Shown in pieces: positions 40,500 to 55,093 of a DNA stretch of 64,000 nt. The first letter of the stretch is position 1. The number at the start of each line of letters is the position of its first letter. The position numbers and the translations under genes were made by a program. The stretch is from Epiperipatus broadwayi (taxonomy: Eukaryota; Animalia; Onychophora), in NCBI GenBank assembly GCA_028023455.1, contig JAQFVV010000009.1, forward strand, positions 12,152,001-12,216,000, in the 5' to 3' direction. The notes below the pieces were generated by a model. That model saw only the letters and a program-made list of their open reading frames with translations, made no database searches and was not told the origin of the DNA.

Positions 40500-42652
40500 G
40501 TTACAATATTTATATATATATCAATTAACATGTATCTTACATCTTACTAATCGATGATCACTTCCTGTTAATGCAAAACTAGAGAGACAAAAATTATTAA
40601 GAAAAACAATATTTACAGTTAATATTCCTAATCTTCAGAAACATTCTCATGAATTTAAATTAGAACTTACAAATCGGTTTCACGTATTAGTAGATTTTGA
40701 ACATGATTCAGATTTGAATGACATTAATAGGAAAATAAGCGATATACTTTTAAAAACTGCAACAAAGATAGCTGGTAGAAAAAAGCAGCAATTGACCAAT
40801 AAAATTTCTACTGAGACTAGAGAATTTATGAAGAAAAGAGAAATATGAGGATATACAACAATGATGCATTAAAAAAGATTGAATATCTTGAATTTTGTAA
40901 AATGGTGCGGAAAAGAGCTGAAAATGATATAAGAAAGTATAATTGTGAACTAGCAAGGAGAGCTGTAGAAGAGAATAAAAGTCTAAAGAGTGTAAAACAA
41001 CATTTTGGTATTGGTAGGAAATTTATATCTGCAATAAGAAAAAAAGATGGCATTATTACTAAAAAGAGAGATGACATCATAAAATGTGTAGAAGACTTCT
41101 ATCAAGAATTATATAGTAATAAAGAACAAGTGCCTCCTATACATATTATATCTTCCAAATTGCCCAGAATTTTGAATGAGGAAGTGAGACATGCAATTAA
41201 ATTTATGAAGAAAGGGAAGGCTCCAGGTAATGATGGAATTGTAATTGATATATTAAAAGAAGCAGGTGAAGAAATAGAAAAAATTTTGGCAAAGTTATAT
41301 ACCAAATGTCTAAATGATAAAGATGTACCAGATGATTGGAAGAATGCAGTATTAATATTAATATTTAAAAAAGGTGATAAAGAAGATATTAGAATTTACA
41401 GACCTATCAGTTATATACAAAATTTTTACTAAGATAATTACAACTCGTCTACAGAAAAGACTGGATTTCCACCAACCAAGAGAACAAGCTGGATTTAAAA
41501 GTGGTTTTAGTACAGTAGATCATACCCAGGTATTGAGAGAAATTATAGAAAGGACAAATGAATATGAGTTGCCATTATGCTTAGGATTTGTAGACTATGA
41601 AAAGGCATTTGATTCTATAAACATTTCTTCAGTGATTAAAGCTTTGGATCATCAACGTGTAGATCCGGGATATTGTCATATTTTGAAGAATATTTATAAA
41701 AATGCAACAGCAACAATTAGATTACATAATGATAGTAGGAAAATCAACATTGAAAAGGGTGTAAGACAGGGTGACTCCATATCTCCAAAACTTTTTACAG
41801 CAGTGTTGCAAGAAGTATTTTGTGGATTAAAATGGGAAGCTAAAGGAGTGAAAGTAAATGGAGATTATTTAAGTCATTTAGATTTTGCAGATGATGTAGT
41901 TGTTTTTGCAAATAATGATTTAGAGCTGCAGGAAATGTTGCAGGAGTTATCAGATGAAAGTAGGACTAAAGATAAATGTTAAAAAGACTAAAGTAATGTT
42001 TAATAGATGTTCTCAAAATATGAAAATAAAGATTGATTATAATGAGTTAGAAGAAGTTAACAGTTACAAATACCTTGGTCAGATTATTAATACAGATGGA
42101 AATATAATGGATGAAATTAATCATAGAATTAAACTTGATTGGAGTGTCTTTGGTAGAAATAACTTGATACTAAAAGGAAATATGCCTATGTGTTTGAAAA
42201 AGGTTTTTAATAAATGGGTTTTGCCAGTTCTTACTTATGGATCTGAGACTTGGACACTTAATAGAAGAGCAATACAGAGACTTCAGACCACTCAAAGAAG
42301 TATGGAGAGATGCATGTTGGGAGTAACAAGACAAGAAGGGATTGAAAACGCAATGTATGGTTAAGAGAAAAAACAGGTGTTACTGACCTCATTGAAAAAA
42401 TTAAAAGACTGAAGTGGACTTGGGCTGGACATATTGTTAGAAGAGATGATAACAGATGGACAATTGAAATTTTAAACTGGATTCCAAGAGATTGTAAAAG
42501 ACCCAGAAAGAGACCACATGTGAGATGGATGGATGAAATAAGAAAGTGTGCGGGGGTGATGTGGAGAAGAAAAGCTAATGATAGGAAAAGATGGATTGAA
42601 CTTGGAGAGACCTTCATCCTGCAGTGGATTGATAATGGTTTATGATGATGAT
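40500..42652 (+). mobile_element. 5'-truncated RTE-clade LINE
   Basis: KAPGNDG, GFVDYEKAFDSI, GVRQGDSISPKLF, LDFADD, YKYLG and WTWAGH. It ends in a (TGA)n tail and has several frameshifts. Confidence 0.93.
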
Positions 42653-42986
42653 ATCAATTAAAATTTGCATATTTCATTAGAATGCTACTATATTAAATAT
42701 AATGATAATACCATAGATAGAAAACTTGTATAAGAATTAAATTAACTTTAGATATTATCTTAATGATTATAGGTATGCATTACTGTTTCACTTATGTTTT
42801 TCCTAATTGCAAGTTTAAGAAACTGATGCAGATTGTCATCATTCTTTTAACATAATTGTTAAAATATAGTTAATAACAGTAACAGATATTGCAAAGACAA
42901 ACAATAAAAAGACTGAAAAAAGACTAACTCATAGAATGCAATTTCAAATTTGAATTCAGGGGCAAAACTCTTAAGTAAATCATATA

Positions 42987-44188
42987 CACCTGGGTCTCTT
43001 TTCATGCGGATTTTTTTAATGCGAGTGTGAAGTTATGCGGTTCATGTTTCTTCTTAATATCTTTTTATGCGGTTTTCTTTTATGTGCTAAAGAAGTTCAT
43101 ATTTTACTTAAAATCGGGATTTCCCGTTTTATATACATGCATTGCATTTTACATACTTTAAATGCTTGTTGGAAAAAGGTTTGGCAATAAATTTAGATAC
43201 CATAGAAGATTTAGGAAAAGATAATGAAACAGAAGTGGACCCTGTTCATTTCACAGCAAAAATGATTAGAGAAAGTCTTCAACTTTCTAATCAATTGGAA
43301 AATCATTTTAATTGTTAATGACATGAATTATGAACTAAATTCCAATGAGAGCTAAATAGTTGTATGTCTGTGTACGTTTATATTTTCTTTTATATACATA
43401 TATACATGGAGAAACTTTTAGACAAAAAAAAGTTACAAGTAAAAATATTTAAGAACTTTTAATTTCTACTTAAAAAGAATGTATCTTTCAAAGTTTTTTA
43501 ATATTTTTACTTGTAACTTTTTTCTGTCTAAAAGTTTCTCCATGTATATATGTGTATAAAAGAAAATTTAACCGTTAATCATTACTAACATACTCGTAGA
43601 AGCTTGTTATATATATATAGTTGCACTTGTGGAAGTGCATTCTCTAACAGCTAGACATAGCAATCTGGATATCGCGAGCTTCATAAACAATTAGTAAAAT
43701 CATTGTCTCAAAGTTTAATTACCGATTACATTGTCAACAGAAAACCATTAACACAGTACGAGACTGAAGTTGGCGCTAATTGTATTTCCTCTTGTGACGA
43801 ATCTGATGTCTTACTAGTTCATAAACGAACCACATATTGTCAAATAGCGATAATAATTAAAATATATATGAAAAAATGTAAAATAAATTACACATAAAAA
43901 CATATTGTTTTGAATAAAGTTCAACAATTAATAAAAAAGGAAAAAAAGTTTGTCTTGTATCAATTTTTTTCAAATATTTGAAATTTTTTATTAGTCATAC
44001 TTTATTTCCTTATTTTTTTTTACGCGAATTTTAAAGTAATTTTATCTTGTTGCTTTGGTTTTATGAGATTTTCGAAAATTACAGAACATATCCCACATTT
44101 TTCAGGTAAGTTAAGTCTATTTTTGTGCAATTTTTTTAATGTGGGTTTTCTGTGAAACCTATCTATCACATAAAAAGAGACCCAGGTG
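42987..44188 (+). mobile_element. Non-autonomous pogo/Tigger-like TIR element
   Basis: TIRs are cacctgggtctctttt... and ...aaaaagagacccaggtg, with TA at 42985-42986. An acidic coding-like remnant (LDTIEDLGKDNETEVDPVHFTAKMIRESLQL) lies near 43192-43300. Same family as 14143-15293. Confidence 0.85.
43374..43575. repeat. About 200-bp palindrome (arms about 75 bp) inside the Tigger-like element
   Basis: attttcttttatatacatatatacatggagaaacttttagac...gttacaagtaaaaatatt is mirrored by aatatttttacttgtaac...gtctaaaagtttctccatgtatatatgtgtataaaagaaaat. Confidence 0.85.
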
Positions 44189-45599
44189 TGTATATATTAT
44201 TAAGATACAACTATTGAGAATTCATCAAAAAAAAAAACTTCTGATAAAAAATTAAATTACTAACATTACATATCATTGCATAAAACATATTTTCAAAAGA
44301 TAAAAAAAAAAAAAAATTCTAACTGAAATTAACATCCCTTGATTATTTGTTTAAACTATATCAGAAAACAATTAATATTTGTCACCTTAAAAATTTACAA
44401 ACTATATTATAATATGTAAGCAATGAAGTAGTAACCTTTTTATTTAAATTTATGACAATATTATCATCATCGGGAAATTCTTTTTGAAAATCTGATAGTA
44501 AAAAAAAAAGGTACATCTTTTTTTTTTGTTCTTATAATTTTTAATTCTAGTAATGTTATTTTACATCACTGGACTTAGTAGAAAAACTTCCACAGGCAAG
44601 TTTTATTTCTTGCTTATACTATAACTTTTACTACTAGCTACTATAAACTGGAAAAGTGATTGGTTTACCAATTTTTATCAACTTTTGAGAGTTGTGGTTT
44701 TCCTTTTTTAATTTTTGCTCCAAGAATAGATAAACGACCATTTATCAATTAGTAATTAATAGTAAAGCCTACCTGAATCAGCCATAAGTTTGTTTGAAAA
44801 TTCTCAACTAAATAAAAAAATTTCAAGTTTTAATAACATATGAATCTCAAATGTGCCAAACTAACACAATAAAATCCTTCAGTAGTATTAAATGTATATA
44901 AATTAAATTGTCTGATGAAAGTTAGGTAGAAATAATCAGATAAGTAGAGTATTAGGAGAAATGGCTATAAAACTTATTGTCAGTAGTGCCCTGAATAGCT
45001 TAATACAGAGGTTGAGTGGAAGATTCTGGGTGCTTGAGGTCTATAAGAACACAAATCCCAACTGCCACTTTTGGCATTCCAACTTTTTATAACTCAAAAG
45101 CAATAAAACCAGATGATTTTTTTTTTTTTATTGTCAATAATTTTCCATTCCCTTCATATACAGAAAATAGTTAAGTCTTTTAATAATCCATTGCAGGACA
45201 AAAGTTTCTTCAATATCTTGCCCTTATCACCTTGCCAATGACCAGCTGATAAAAGTTTAAAAATTTTACTTATCTTTTCACTAAAAATAATTTGATAATG
45301 GATGGTTGATTGGTTCATTATGGGCAGATTACTTAAAAAAAAAATTCTAAGCCTAATTAAAATGTGAAAAGATTTTCAAGTTTAATCAACTCTGTTTTGA
45401 ACCCATATCTTATGTATGGTAGGCAGATGCTCTATTATTATACTACAAGGCTCCATTAATAGGTAGTATGGTATCAAAAATGGTGGTATTATTTTTATAA
45501 ATAGTATTACAAATAATGTAGAGAAAAAAATAAGTTAAAGTAAATTTTATTAAAAATAAATAAATTGATTTGTGATATGCATATTTTTTATTTGCAAAT

Positions 45600-47360
45600 T
45601 TTCAGTTTTTCTTGACTTGGACAAATATTAACTTACCATTTCTTAAGATTTCAATCTAATTTTCCTAATCGATATTTATCCTTTAATTTCCATCAATATT
45701 AATAATTCGAGTTTAAAAAATAAAAGTTGGCTGAACACTTACATTAAAATACTGAACTTCAATGGCTTTCAATATCCAAAAAGATTTTTAAAATCGCCAG
45801 TATACTTGATATTTTAGATTTAAGCAATTCAAAAACAAAAATGTTAAAAATATTTAAATAAAAAAAACATCAGTAAAAAAATTTAAGTTTACTCATTTTA
45901 ATAATTTAAAAAGTTTGGATACATACAGTGTGTGTGTATTAGGAGGCATTCAACCAAACCCAATACGTATTTAATTACAGAGAATTCATGAGAGATTCAA
46001 CATATATATAAGCGTTGTCCATTAAATTGCTATTACAAGCAACGATTTTTTTTGTATAGATTGTCATTTCTTTGTTTACAAGTGAATGTTCTATACATGA
46101 AAAATGAATGAATTACCTGTGATGATGTCATTCATCTCTAAACATTAGTCATGTTAGCTGAAAGAAAGTGTTAAAGTTGCAGAATAAAATTAGTATATTT
46201 TCAGAAAGAAAGGTTTACATGTGGTGTTCAAATTATTTCAACGTAAGTTTAAATTTAAGTAGAATTTTAAAATGTCTTTTAATAAACTTTAAAATATGAT
46301 CTAACCATTAAAATAGAGTTAAGTTATATTACGCGCCGATATCTCCAAAATATATTAACCATAAATAAGAGGGAATTTTTAAAAAAAATAATGCTTTTAT
46401 AGTAATGAATAATAAAAATTAACAGATAAATAATTATTTGGAGAGAAAATGTATATTTAATAAGAATATTGTAATTTTCTAATGAGGTATTGCATAAAAG
46501 TTATTAATAATAAAAAACTTAATTTGCGAGTTAATCATGAGCCTCGATTATTGTGTCAGACGTGATATGACGTCAGAATGTAACGTTTCAGTTAAGAATT
46601 AGCGGAAAGCTTTGTCATTTTATATTCAACTATTTTATTAGCCAATTTTAGATTCTTCAATTTTTCATTGTTGTTTAAAATATGAGAATCTATCTATGAA
46701 ACATTAGCACTAGATGGCATACCTAATTAAATAATTTTGATTATTTACATTATTTACGCCAGGAAAAATACCATACCATAATTTTTGCCTGCAGTCCACT
46801 CGTAAATATGATTAGTTGCAATAATTTAATAGATATTTATTTAATAAAGAAAAATTCTATACAATAATTCCATTTACTAAATGTTTCCGTTAGACTAAAC
46901 TGAAATAATGTATTTTGAGAAATTTGTAATAATTTTACTTTTATTGATGTTTTAATACATTTATATAGCATAACTACCAAATATATATTTCACTTAAGAT
47001 TTTTTGGAAGACTACAATATCGCGCCTTAATCACAAATAAATAATTTTAACACTATTTTATTAGACTAACAGTAAATTTAATATTTTTATGTTACAGGTC
47101 GCCCTTAAAATTGAGTATATTTATTTATACTTTGTGCCTACCTTAGGAAGAGGTAGGAGTCCTAAACATTGGCCACGATTTCAACTTCAAAGCGAGGTTT
47201 AAGCGCATGCGTCGTTAAAACACGGAAGTGCCTGAGATTCGGAAACTTGTAGTATTTGAACAATTGACAAAAAATAACATCTTTCACGCCTCTTTACTTG
47301 TGTCCATTCTGCTTTTTTGAACTTTTTTAGGCAGAACTTTAATATAAATTACTAGAAAAT
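45600..47360. promoter_or_regulatory. Candidate p38 promoter and 5' UTR region (possibly bidirectional)
   Basis: CpG retention, a CRE TGACGTCA near 46569, a + strand donor (AC|GTAAGT at 46243) and acceptor (gttacag| at 47097) that could form a 5'-UTR intron, and minus-strand donors at 46116 and 45636. Confidence 0.45.
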
Positions 47361-47479
47361 ATGGGAGACGGCATTAAACCTGGATTTTATAGAGTAGAAC
47401 TTAATAAAACTATATGGGAAGTTCATCATCGCTATCAATTGCTCTCCCCTGTTGGCTCCGGAGCTTACGGCCAAGTATG
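47361..47479 (+). CDS. p38: p38 MAP kinase (MAPK14-like), first coding exon (119 nt)
   Basis: [39 protein letters not shown](C), with the p38-type N-terminus and the Gly-rich loop GSGAYG. It ends at a phase-2 GTAAGT donor at 47480. Confidence 0.96.
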
Positions 47480-50025
47480 GTAAGTCTTGCCTAAAGCATT
47501 CAATTTTAGATTAAGTAACATCGTACAATGTAAATATTTTAATTTTGAACTTTTAGCAATTATATTTATTGTTGCATTTAAATTGCATTAAAATTTAGGC
47601 ATTGAACTTGCCTGCTTTCGTTGCAAATCCATTTAGCTAGTAAGGCTTATTTTTATTTCCCCACCTTTTTTTTTTAATGCAACTTAGCTGAAGTAAAATC
47701 GGAGCTGAAGTTCTCTGTTTTAAAGGTAATATAAATTATTTTAGTATGAAAAACATGCATTTTATGATGCATTAAAAAAAGCTAGACAAGATTCTAGTGA
47801 AATAGTTATATTCCTGTTTTAAACGTAAACATCTTAAGGAGTATTTTAGTTCTTGCTAGTCTAGTTTATTATTTTAAAGCCAGATTTCGCAAAATTTTAA
47901 GAATTGCTTTGATTTCCTAAATTAGTATGAATTAAGTCACGGAAATTTTTATTTTTGTAGCAGGATGTATTTGCAAAGGATTTTAAAAACTACGTCGAAA
48001 ATAAACATTCTGAATTCGAGCGCATTGTGAATTCTTTTGTTGTTAAGGTTATTTATGGTTGAACTGAGCATATAGTTATAGGAGCAAAGTTCTTACTTTT
48101 GTTTAGATATTTCTATTAAATAATTAATGAAATAAAAATTAACTGGTAAATAAATGCATTTTTCGTAAAATTAAAACATCGTTTTCCTTCACTCAAAAAA
48201 TAACTCGCGGTGCTGAATTTTGCAACGCAGTAATGTAAATTTTGAAAATAGGGGAGAGAAATATGGTTTTTATAATTACTGTATCTTTAATCTATAGTGT
48301 TGTCTTAATATAGTGATAAGATAATTTCAAATTTTTTCAGGCGCATATTTGATGTTTTGTAGTCTATTTTTATTTCTTTTAATAAAATATTTGAACCTCT
48401 AAAACTTCTAATAACTTTTTTTACTTCTGTGCGAATTTTGCAATTACATGTTGGCGTTATATGCCTGTGCGTGCGTGTCGATGTTACGTACTATACGTAT
48501 GCTTTGTATATTATGCAAAATTCAAACTCCTTCGATAGTCTAAAAATCGAAAATTAGACTTGATTAATATACAGATTTTAATGGATTGAGCAGACGACCA
48601 ATATAAAATAAAAGTTTAAACTTTAATCTATTGTTTTAGATTTTACGATTACCATATAGTATAATCACAGCTCAGAATAGTTAACGGTGAGAGTTGCTGA
48701 CACAAAATCAGATTTTTTGCTGGAATGAATCTAAGTGATAAATGAGTTTGCTTAGTTAGTGCCTGAAAATCACATGACCTTATAATAGCAATTGACTATT
48801 CATTAAATAAATATTGCAATAACTCTGATCTATAATGGTTGTGGTGAAATGCCATATTTGAGTGATGAATTCAGGAGATAAAATTCCTGGATGAAAATCC
48901 AATCAGTTACTTACATGCATGAACAGCACATAACATCCAAACAATAAACCAGTTGTTTATTTTTATACAATCACATTTTCATAAAGTACTATTAAGCATC
49001 AGGTTTTGAAATAAAAAGGCTGGTAAAGCATATGTACATCTCTTAAAGAGTTTTATTATGTAGGTAATCATTTGAAATAAATCAGAAATGTTCTTAATAT
49101 ATGATTGGGATTATCTTGTACATAATGTTGATAATTTGGAATGACATGTATAATTTCATTGAGATGTGAAGTAAGTGACAAAGCACATTATCAAATTTTT
49201 AGCCAATTTTTTTCAATGCTGACTTATATATGAATGTTAAGTTTTTTGCCCAAAAGCAGGTAAAATAACTAGGCAATACATTACTATGACCAAACAATAA
49301 TTCTTGATTATCATCAGAGTTGGTTTACCTTTTCTTGTCATCTTCTTAGTACAGATATTTCAATGTGTTTGATATCAATTGTAGAAAAGAACTAAATTCA
49401 GAAGAATGTAAATTTTTTTATGTTATTTATGAATATAATTGATTTTGAAATACATTCATTTCACTTTAATATCATACATTTTTTATTTAGACTCACTTAC
49501 GGGCTAGTAGAAATTTTTTTTTAATGCTAAGAACATCATAATCTTAATTAAATTTTTTATAAAATCATTTAAAATATTTCAATTTCTTTATACACTGGTT
49601 AATATTATAAATTTTTGTAGCATAATAATAGTGTATCTGCCTTCCATGCTACAATCTGAGTTAAAGACTTAATTATTTTTTTTTTCAGATAGTTAGACCA
49701 TAGCTAGGCAACCATCTAGTATTGGTCTGTAAGTGAATAGCTAATTATTCTTAACTATATGGTAAAACAGGGTTAAAAAATCTCACTCTCACTATCTGAA
49801 AATTGGCAAGTATAGTGAATAATGTCTTATCCTTTCTTGTTTCCTTATGAGTGGCTATTGAATATACTTTTATCCTGCAGTGAACTATTTAAAGGGTATT
49901 ATAACTTCTATCCATTCATCATTACTACTTATTCAAAAAAACATAAGATTATTTGCATCTATCGTTTACTTATTTATTCTTAATAGAAACAATGCATACT
50001 GCTAGCTGAAATTATATAAAATAAT

Positions 50026-50146
50026 GAAACACTCATAACTATGTTATTCCAGCCACACTCTCCCTTTAAATAAAGAAAGCTTAAATTCGAGCTTTCTTTA
50101 TTTAAAGAGGAAGTGTAGTTGGAATAATATAACTACATGGTGTTTC
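50026..50146. repeat. About 120-bp near-perfect hairpin
   Basis: ttattccagccacactctccctttaaataaagaaagct-taaattcg-agctttctttatttaaagaggaagtgtagttggaataa, extending outward to gaaacac/gtgtttc. Confidence 0.8.
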
Positions 50147-52399
50147 AAATATTCTATTTATTTTTAGTATTTATTTACAGAAAATTAAATATTTATGATG
50201 TGCATTTATTTTTTACAGTATTTTTCTCAAAATTAAAATTGAATATTTTGCTTTAAACTAATTATATATTTTAAATATATTTTTTACTTTAATTTTTGTA
50301 CATTCAGTTATAATTGTTTAAAATTTTAAATACAAGTATAATTTTATCTATATATACTTGGAGTTTAAATGAAATTATAGGGGATTTAAAATACATATAT
50401 TGGAGATCATTTTTCTTTTTCACATGTGTGTAGTCATGTGTTTTGGTTGTATGAGATAGAATTGTTTAAGATGTAAATTAAAAATTAAATAGAATTATGA
50501 TTTTAATCATGTTTGTTTAAAAAATGATACATTGTGTGAATTGCACATGTTTAGTGTTGTTTTATTGTTATTAATTAAAATTCTAGTATGATATAACAAA
50601 GTACACATACTTGGTTGTATATATATGCAATATTTTTTTTTTTCAGACAAAACAAAACTTTTATTAAATATTCTTGTGAAAAATTTGAAAGAAAACAACT
50701 ACTATACTATCCTTTTTAGTATTGTGTTTGGAGGTATTAAAACATTTTTGCACAGCATGCAAAAATTATTTGGTCTGATCCTATTTAAAATTCATGCTTT
50801 AAAATTAAAAACATGCATAAAATTATACTTATTTTGGTAAAAGATTTTTGGAGCTGCATCATAAAATTTTAAGCAGTATGCAAAAGTTACTGTTTTGAAT
50901 ATTGTTTGCTAAGTTCTCTATTTATGGTATGTTGATATAATTGTATAATAAAAAATTGATCTAACAATAAGAATCATAAGCACTAACTGTATCCTCTGTC
51001 TTGGAATAGAATAATTTCTACATACCATTTACTAACCACTATTAGATGATTATTTTGTTGCTTATAAACTAGCCATATAAAGAACAATCATAAGCCTAAT
51101 GAAAATGTGGAAAAAAAAAAATATTAAGATTTATTTAATGCAAATTTAATCACAGGTCATAAGCATAGTAATCATATGCATTATTTGCCATATTGCAAGT
51201 TCTGAAAGTTTGTATCCTAATATTTATTTATACACTCATGTATATATGGTTTGTTTGACAATATGTATGTGGTTTGCTTGTATTCGCATCTAGGTGCATA
51301 GTCTTAAGGTTATAGCCTTAATATATATTACTTACATAATGAGTATGCACTTAACAAATTATTAATTACAATTTATTATTAATATTTGCATAAAATATAC
51401 ATGATGTTTGAAAATGATGCGTATCTTAAAGTTTCACAATACAGCTAGTTGCTTCGCATACATGCAGACTGGCAACTGAAACTATTTTTCTAATTTCTTT
51501 TTGGGCAATCCTTATGTAGTAAATGCATTTACATCACTAGTATCTTTCATGTGGGATAATTTTATCAGTCATTTCTCTGTTATTTTACATACACATTGAT
51601 TATGGTTAATTAGAATGATTTCTGTTTGTTAGTGCCTGACCACTATTAATAATTTCTTTTCAGTCATTGAATTCTGGATTACTGCTTTATGGTGGGTTTT
51701 GCAATCACCAGTGAGAATAATGGTTTAGTTGGCAGACAGAAGAGAATAGTATATCCTATTGAACAATTGTAATATGACAACATAGGTCTCTTAGCTATAT
51801 AGCATAACTCTATGATAAAAAAATGCAGAATTTTTTTTTGTTTGTTCAGTCATTTTATTGTTCATCATAGATCTATTAAGAGAATCAATCCTAAGGAAAA
51901 TATATATTAAATTATCCTTGCTTTGATTTATAATTCATTAAAAAATTAAACAAAGTGAATGGCACTATCTTGCCATTCTGTGAAGTAACAAAACTAAATT
52001 TATGGTTTTGATCATTATATGATTCCTAAATTTATTAATTTATTTGCTTTAAATGTTTTAAAAGCTGCTGTACACATGGAATTTATAATGGGCTACTATA
52101 GATAATATAAATAGAATGTTGTGCATTAATATTTGATATGCATCATCTGTTGTTTTTTTTTTATCTGCATCATACCATACTCATATATTTAATTAGAAAA
52201 GTACATTGTTTTTGTTGAAGGTGTTGTTAGTAATAATAATAATAACCATTTATTTAATTTTTGGAAGATGAGTAACATTCAAGCAACCATGTGAAGGTTG
52301 AGTGCAATAGTTTCATTCAATATAGTCGTTTGAAATTTATTCAGCTGACAAATGATCTAGGAAATTTTAGCTCTTAAATCCACTACTTTAATATCACAC

Positions 52400-53245
52400 T
52401 AAGCCATGTGGAGCATATTTGGATAAAGAACTTATGTCAGTATACTTCTACAAAAGATGGGATGATTATGTTAGAAGAATTGTTGAGTGTTATAGTGGCA
52501 AGGAATAGTATAGAAGAACAGATGCAGTAATAAAGAATAGGGAGTTGAAGAGATGGAGAATTAGTATGGAGAGTAAAAAGAGTTTAAATATATGTGGAAG
52601 TAAATAGAATATTGGGTGCAAGTTAATTTATGGTAATAGCAAGGAAAGTAGCTTACTGTTAAAGCTCAAACAGGATCTCTAAACAACAAGTGAATATACA
52701 CATAAATGGAAAAATGTGGGTGATTTAGTCTGCAAATTGTGTAAGGAAGGTATAGAAAATATTAGGCATCAGAAAGGGTACAAATAATGTTGTGGAAGAA
52801 TAAATATAAACAGTGATTATACAGAAAGTGGGTTCTTGGTTTTTATGCTGGTTTGGAAAAATATAAGAGAAATTTAGATATAAAGGCCATGGAGTTGACA
52901 AAGATTCTGTTCTGGAAGTGGGTTGGAGCAAGATAGAGAAGAATATAGGAAAAACTTAGGGCAGGGCATGAAAAGAGAAGGTAACAGATTCCTGATTCTG
53001 AAAAAAAGAGAAGTCATAATGCATCGCAATAAACCCTTACTAATATCTTTTTACAAATAATATTTCATAATACTTTTCTTTGATAATAGTTTAAATTGTC
53101 TCACTTTTGGCACTATTATTTATATATGGTGCTAGTGTTCATTTGTTATTTCTTATATAATTTATGAAGTGATTTTATTGCAAAATTGTACAATTTTCTA
53201 CTATGACCTTTTTCTATATTATTGCAAATAAAGTTATTGAATGTA
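52400..53245 (+). mobile_element. Probable 3' end of a decayed LINE
   Basis: CKLCKEGIENIRH resembles the CxxC..E..H C-terminal motif of LINE ORF2. It ends in ttattgcaaataaagttattg. Confidence 0.4.
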
Positions 53246-55093
53246 AATTTTCTTTTGATGAATAATTTAAATATACGACTGCTATGTTTTAACTGCTAAG
53301 CTACAATAAGGAAATTGTTCTAGTAATTTTTTTTTTCTACTTATATACTTCAAGGTTGTGTAAAATTGAAATGCAAATAGAAGCAAAATGTTAAGATAAC
53401 ATGAGATAAAAAAAATCTAATATTGAAAATATATTAATAGATAAAATTACCATTTACTTATAGATATTTAGACTTAGTATTTATAGAAGTTATAATTGTA
53501 TGGTAATAGATATATTGTTATTTTGAATGACCAGAATTTGTGAATATATTTGTTTTTATCTTATAATAATATTACTTAGTGTGGACATTTATAGAAATCT
53601 ATAATGATCATAGTATTTTCTGATTCTTCTATACAAAAATTTTAAAATGTAAATAAATTCATCTGTATTATACTGTAGGTTTTGTTTTTTTCACATGATT
53701 ATAGATGTTTGGATCTTATGGATCAAATTAAAAAGTCTTTTTTCTAAGAGGTTTTTTTTTTTTTAATTCTCTGCTATCTTTAGTCCTTTTAATTCTGTTT
53801 CTACTTTAGCAGGATATTATATCTGCAATTTACTCCCAGTGCTAGACCAATTTTTAGCTTTTACCTTTATCAATGAGGACTTAAGATTAAATGCTAAACT
53901 AAAGCTACTAAAAGGTATAGCTATTAACTTTGTGTCGGATCTACATAAATTATACAAGCAGGTTGGCTTTGATTCAAAATCTTATGACTTTTTTGAATTT
54001 TAAGTTAAAAGTTTGACAGTAAAAATAAAATTAAAGGCAGCAGTCAGATGGATAACTTTAGATTGCAGCTTTGATTTCTTAGTTCTTATTGATAAAATAA
54101 TAGCCAAGAACCAGTCTAGAAATGCCAATTAAATTGCGTTAGTATATGGTAACCACCGATAACTCAATATTATAATAAAGGAAACTATAAGAGAGGAGAA
54201 ATACTCTTGTTAATAGAGTAAGCTTTGGGAATGAAATGATACAGTATTGGTATTTTTAGTTTTTGGATAATATTGATCTGATTTTTTTTTTTTTCTGATG
54301 ACTATTGGTATACAAATTACACACTTCCTAAAAAAATCTGACAGCAAATACCATTTTTTGTATCTGTATCTATGCATCTCTACTTTAAAGAATAGATATG
54401 AGTATCTTATATCATAAAGCACTTTGGCTAATGAAAATTATTACAGCTTTCTGCATATAGTCTATAGGAGAATGGTAATTAACACAAATTCTCAAGTTCT
54501 TTGGAACATTATTTTTTTGTTTTTTTAAAACAGTTGTCTGTAATCTTTCTAATGGTTGTAAGCAATTTGCTGTTACATATATAGACCATATTTAATATTT
54601 TTAAAAATTTTAATAAATGTATTTCACAAAAATCCATATACGTCTTGTTCATTGTCTATAAAATATCTAATTGATAAGAAGTCTTATGGACTTTACATAA
54701 CTATATCCTGAGGCAAATACAGAATCTTTTAATAATTGTGTTAATTGATCATCAATCTGTTTAAACAAAAATGCTTTTCTCACAGTTGTTATTGATTTGT
54801 TAACCCTAGTTATAGAGACTTCTAACTAAAGGGCATTAATTTAAATAAAGATGTTACAATTTATTCCATGAAATCACTGTGATTGATAGCATAATGAATC
54901 ATTTAAGATATGCTGATACTTCATCATTTTTTTGTTTTTGCACTTAAATAACTTTGATTGTATTACAGTGGAGATTTTTTCTTTCATATGAACAAGTATG
55001 TGAATTTATGAATTAGAGAGGATGCTTATAATCTCTTTTTTCTAGTTTAAAGTGCATTTTTTCATTCTGCTTCTCATATGATGAACTTATTAG

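Noticed and set aside
44912-44940. Hammerhead-like CTGATGA...GAAA
   Set aside because: There is no stem II pairing between the boxes.
46119-46162. C/D box snoRNA (GTGATGA...CTGA)
   Set aside because: It is only about 45 nt, has no terminal stem, and has no recognisable rRNA guide.
48862-48900. Hammerhead-like gTGATGA-stem-GAAA
   Set aside because: It has a good 7-bp stem, but the first core C is absent and I found no convincing stem I, stem III or cleavage triplet.
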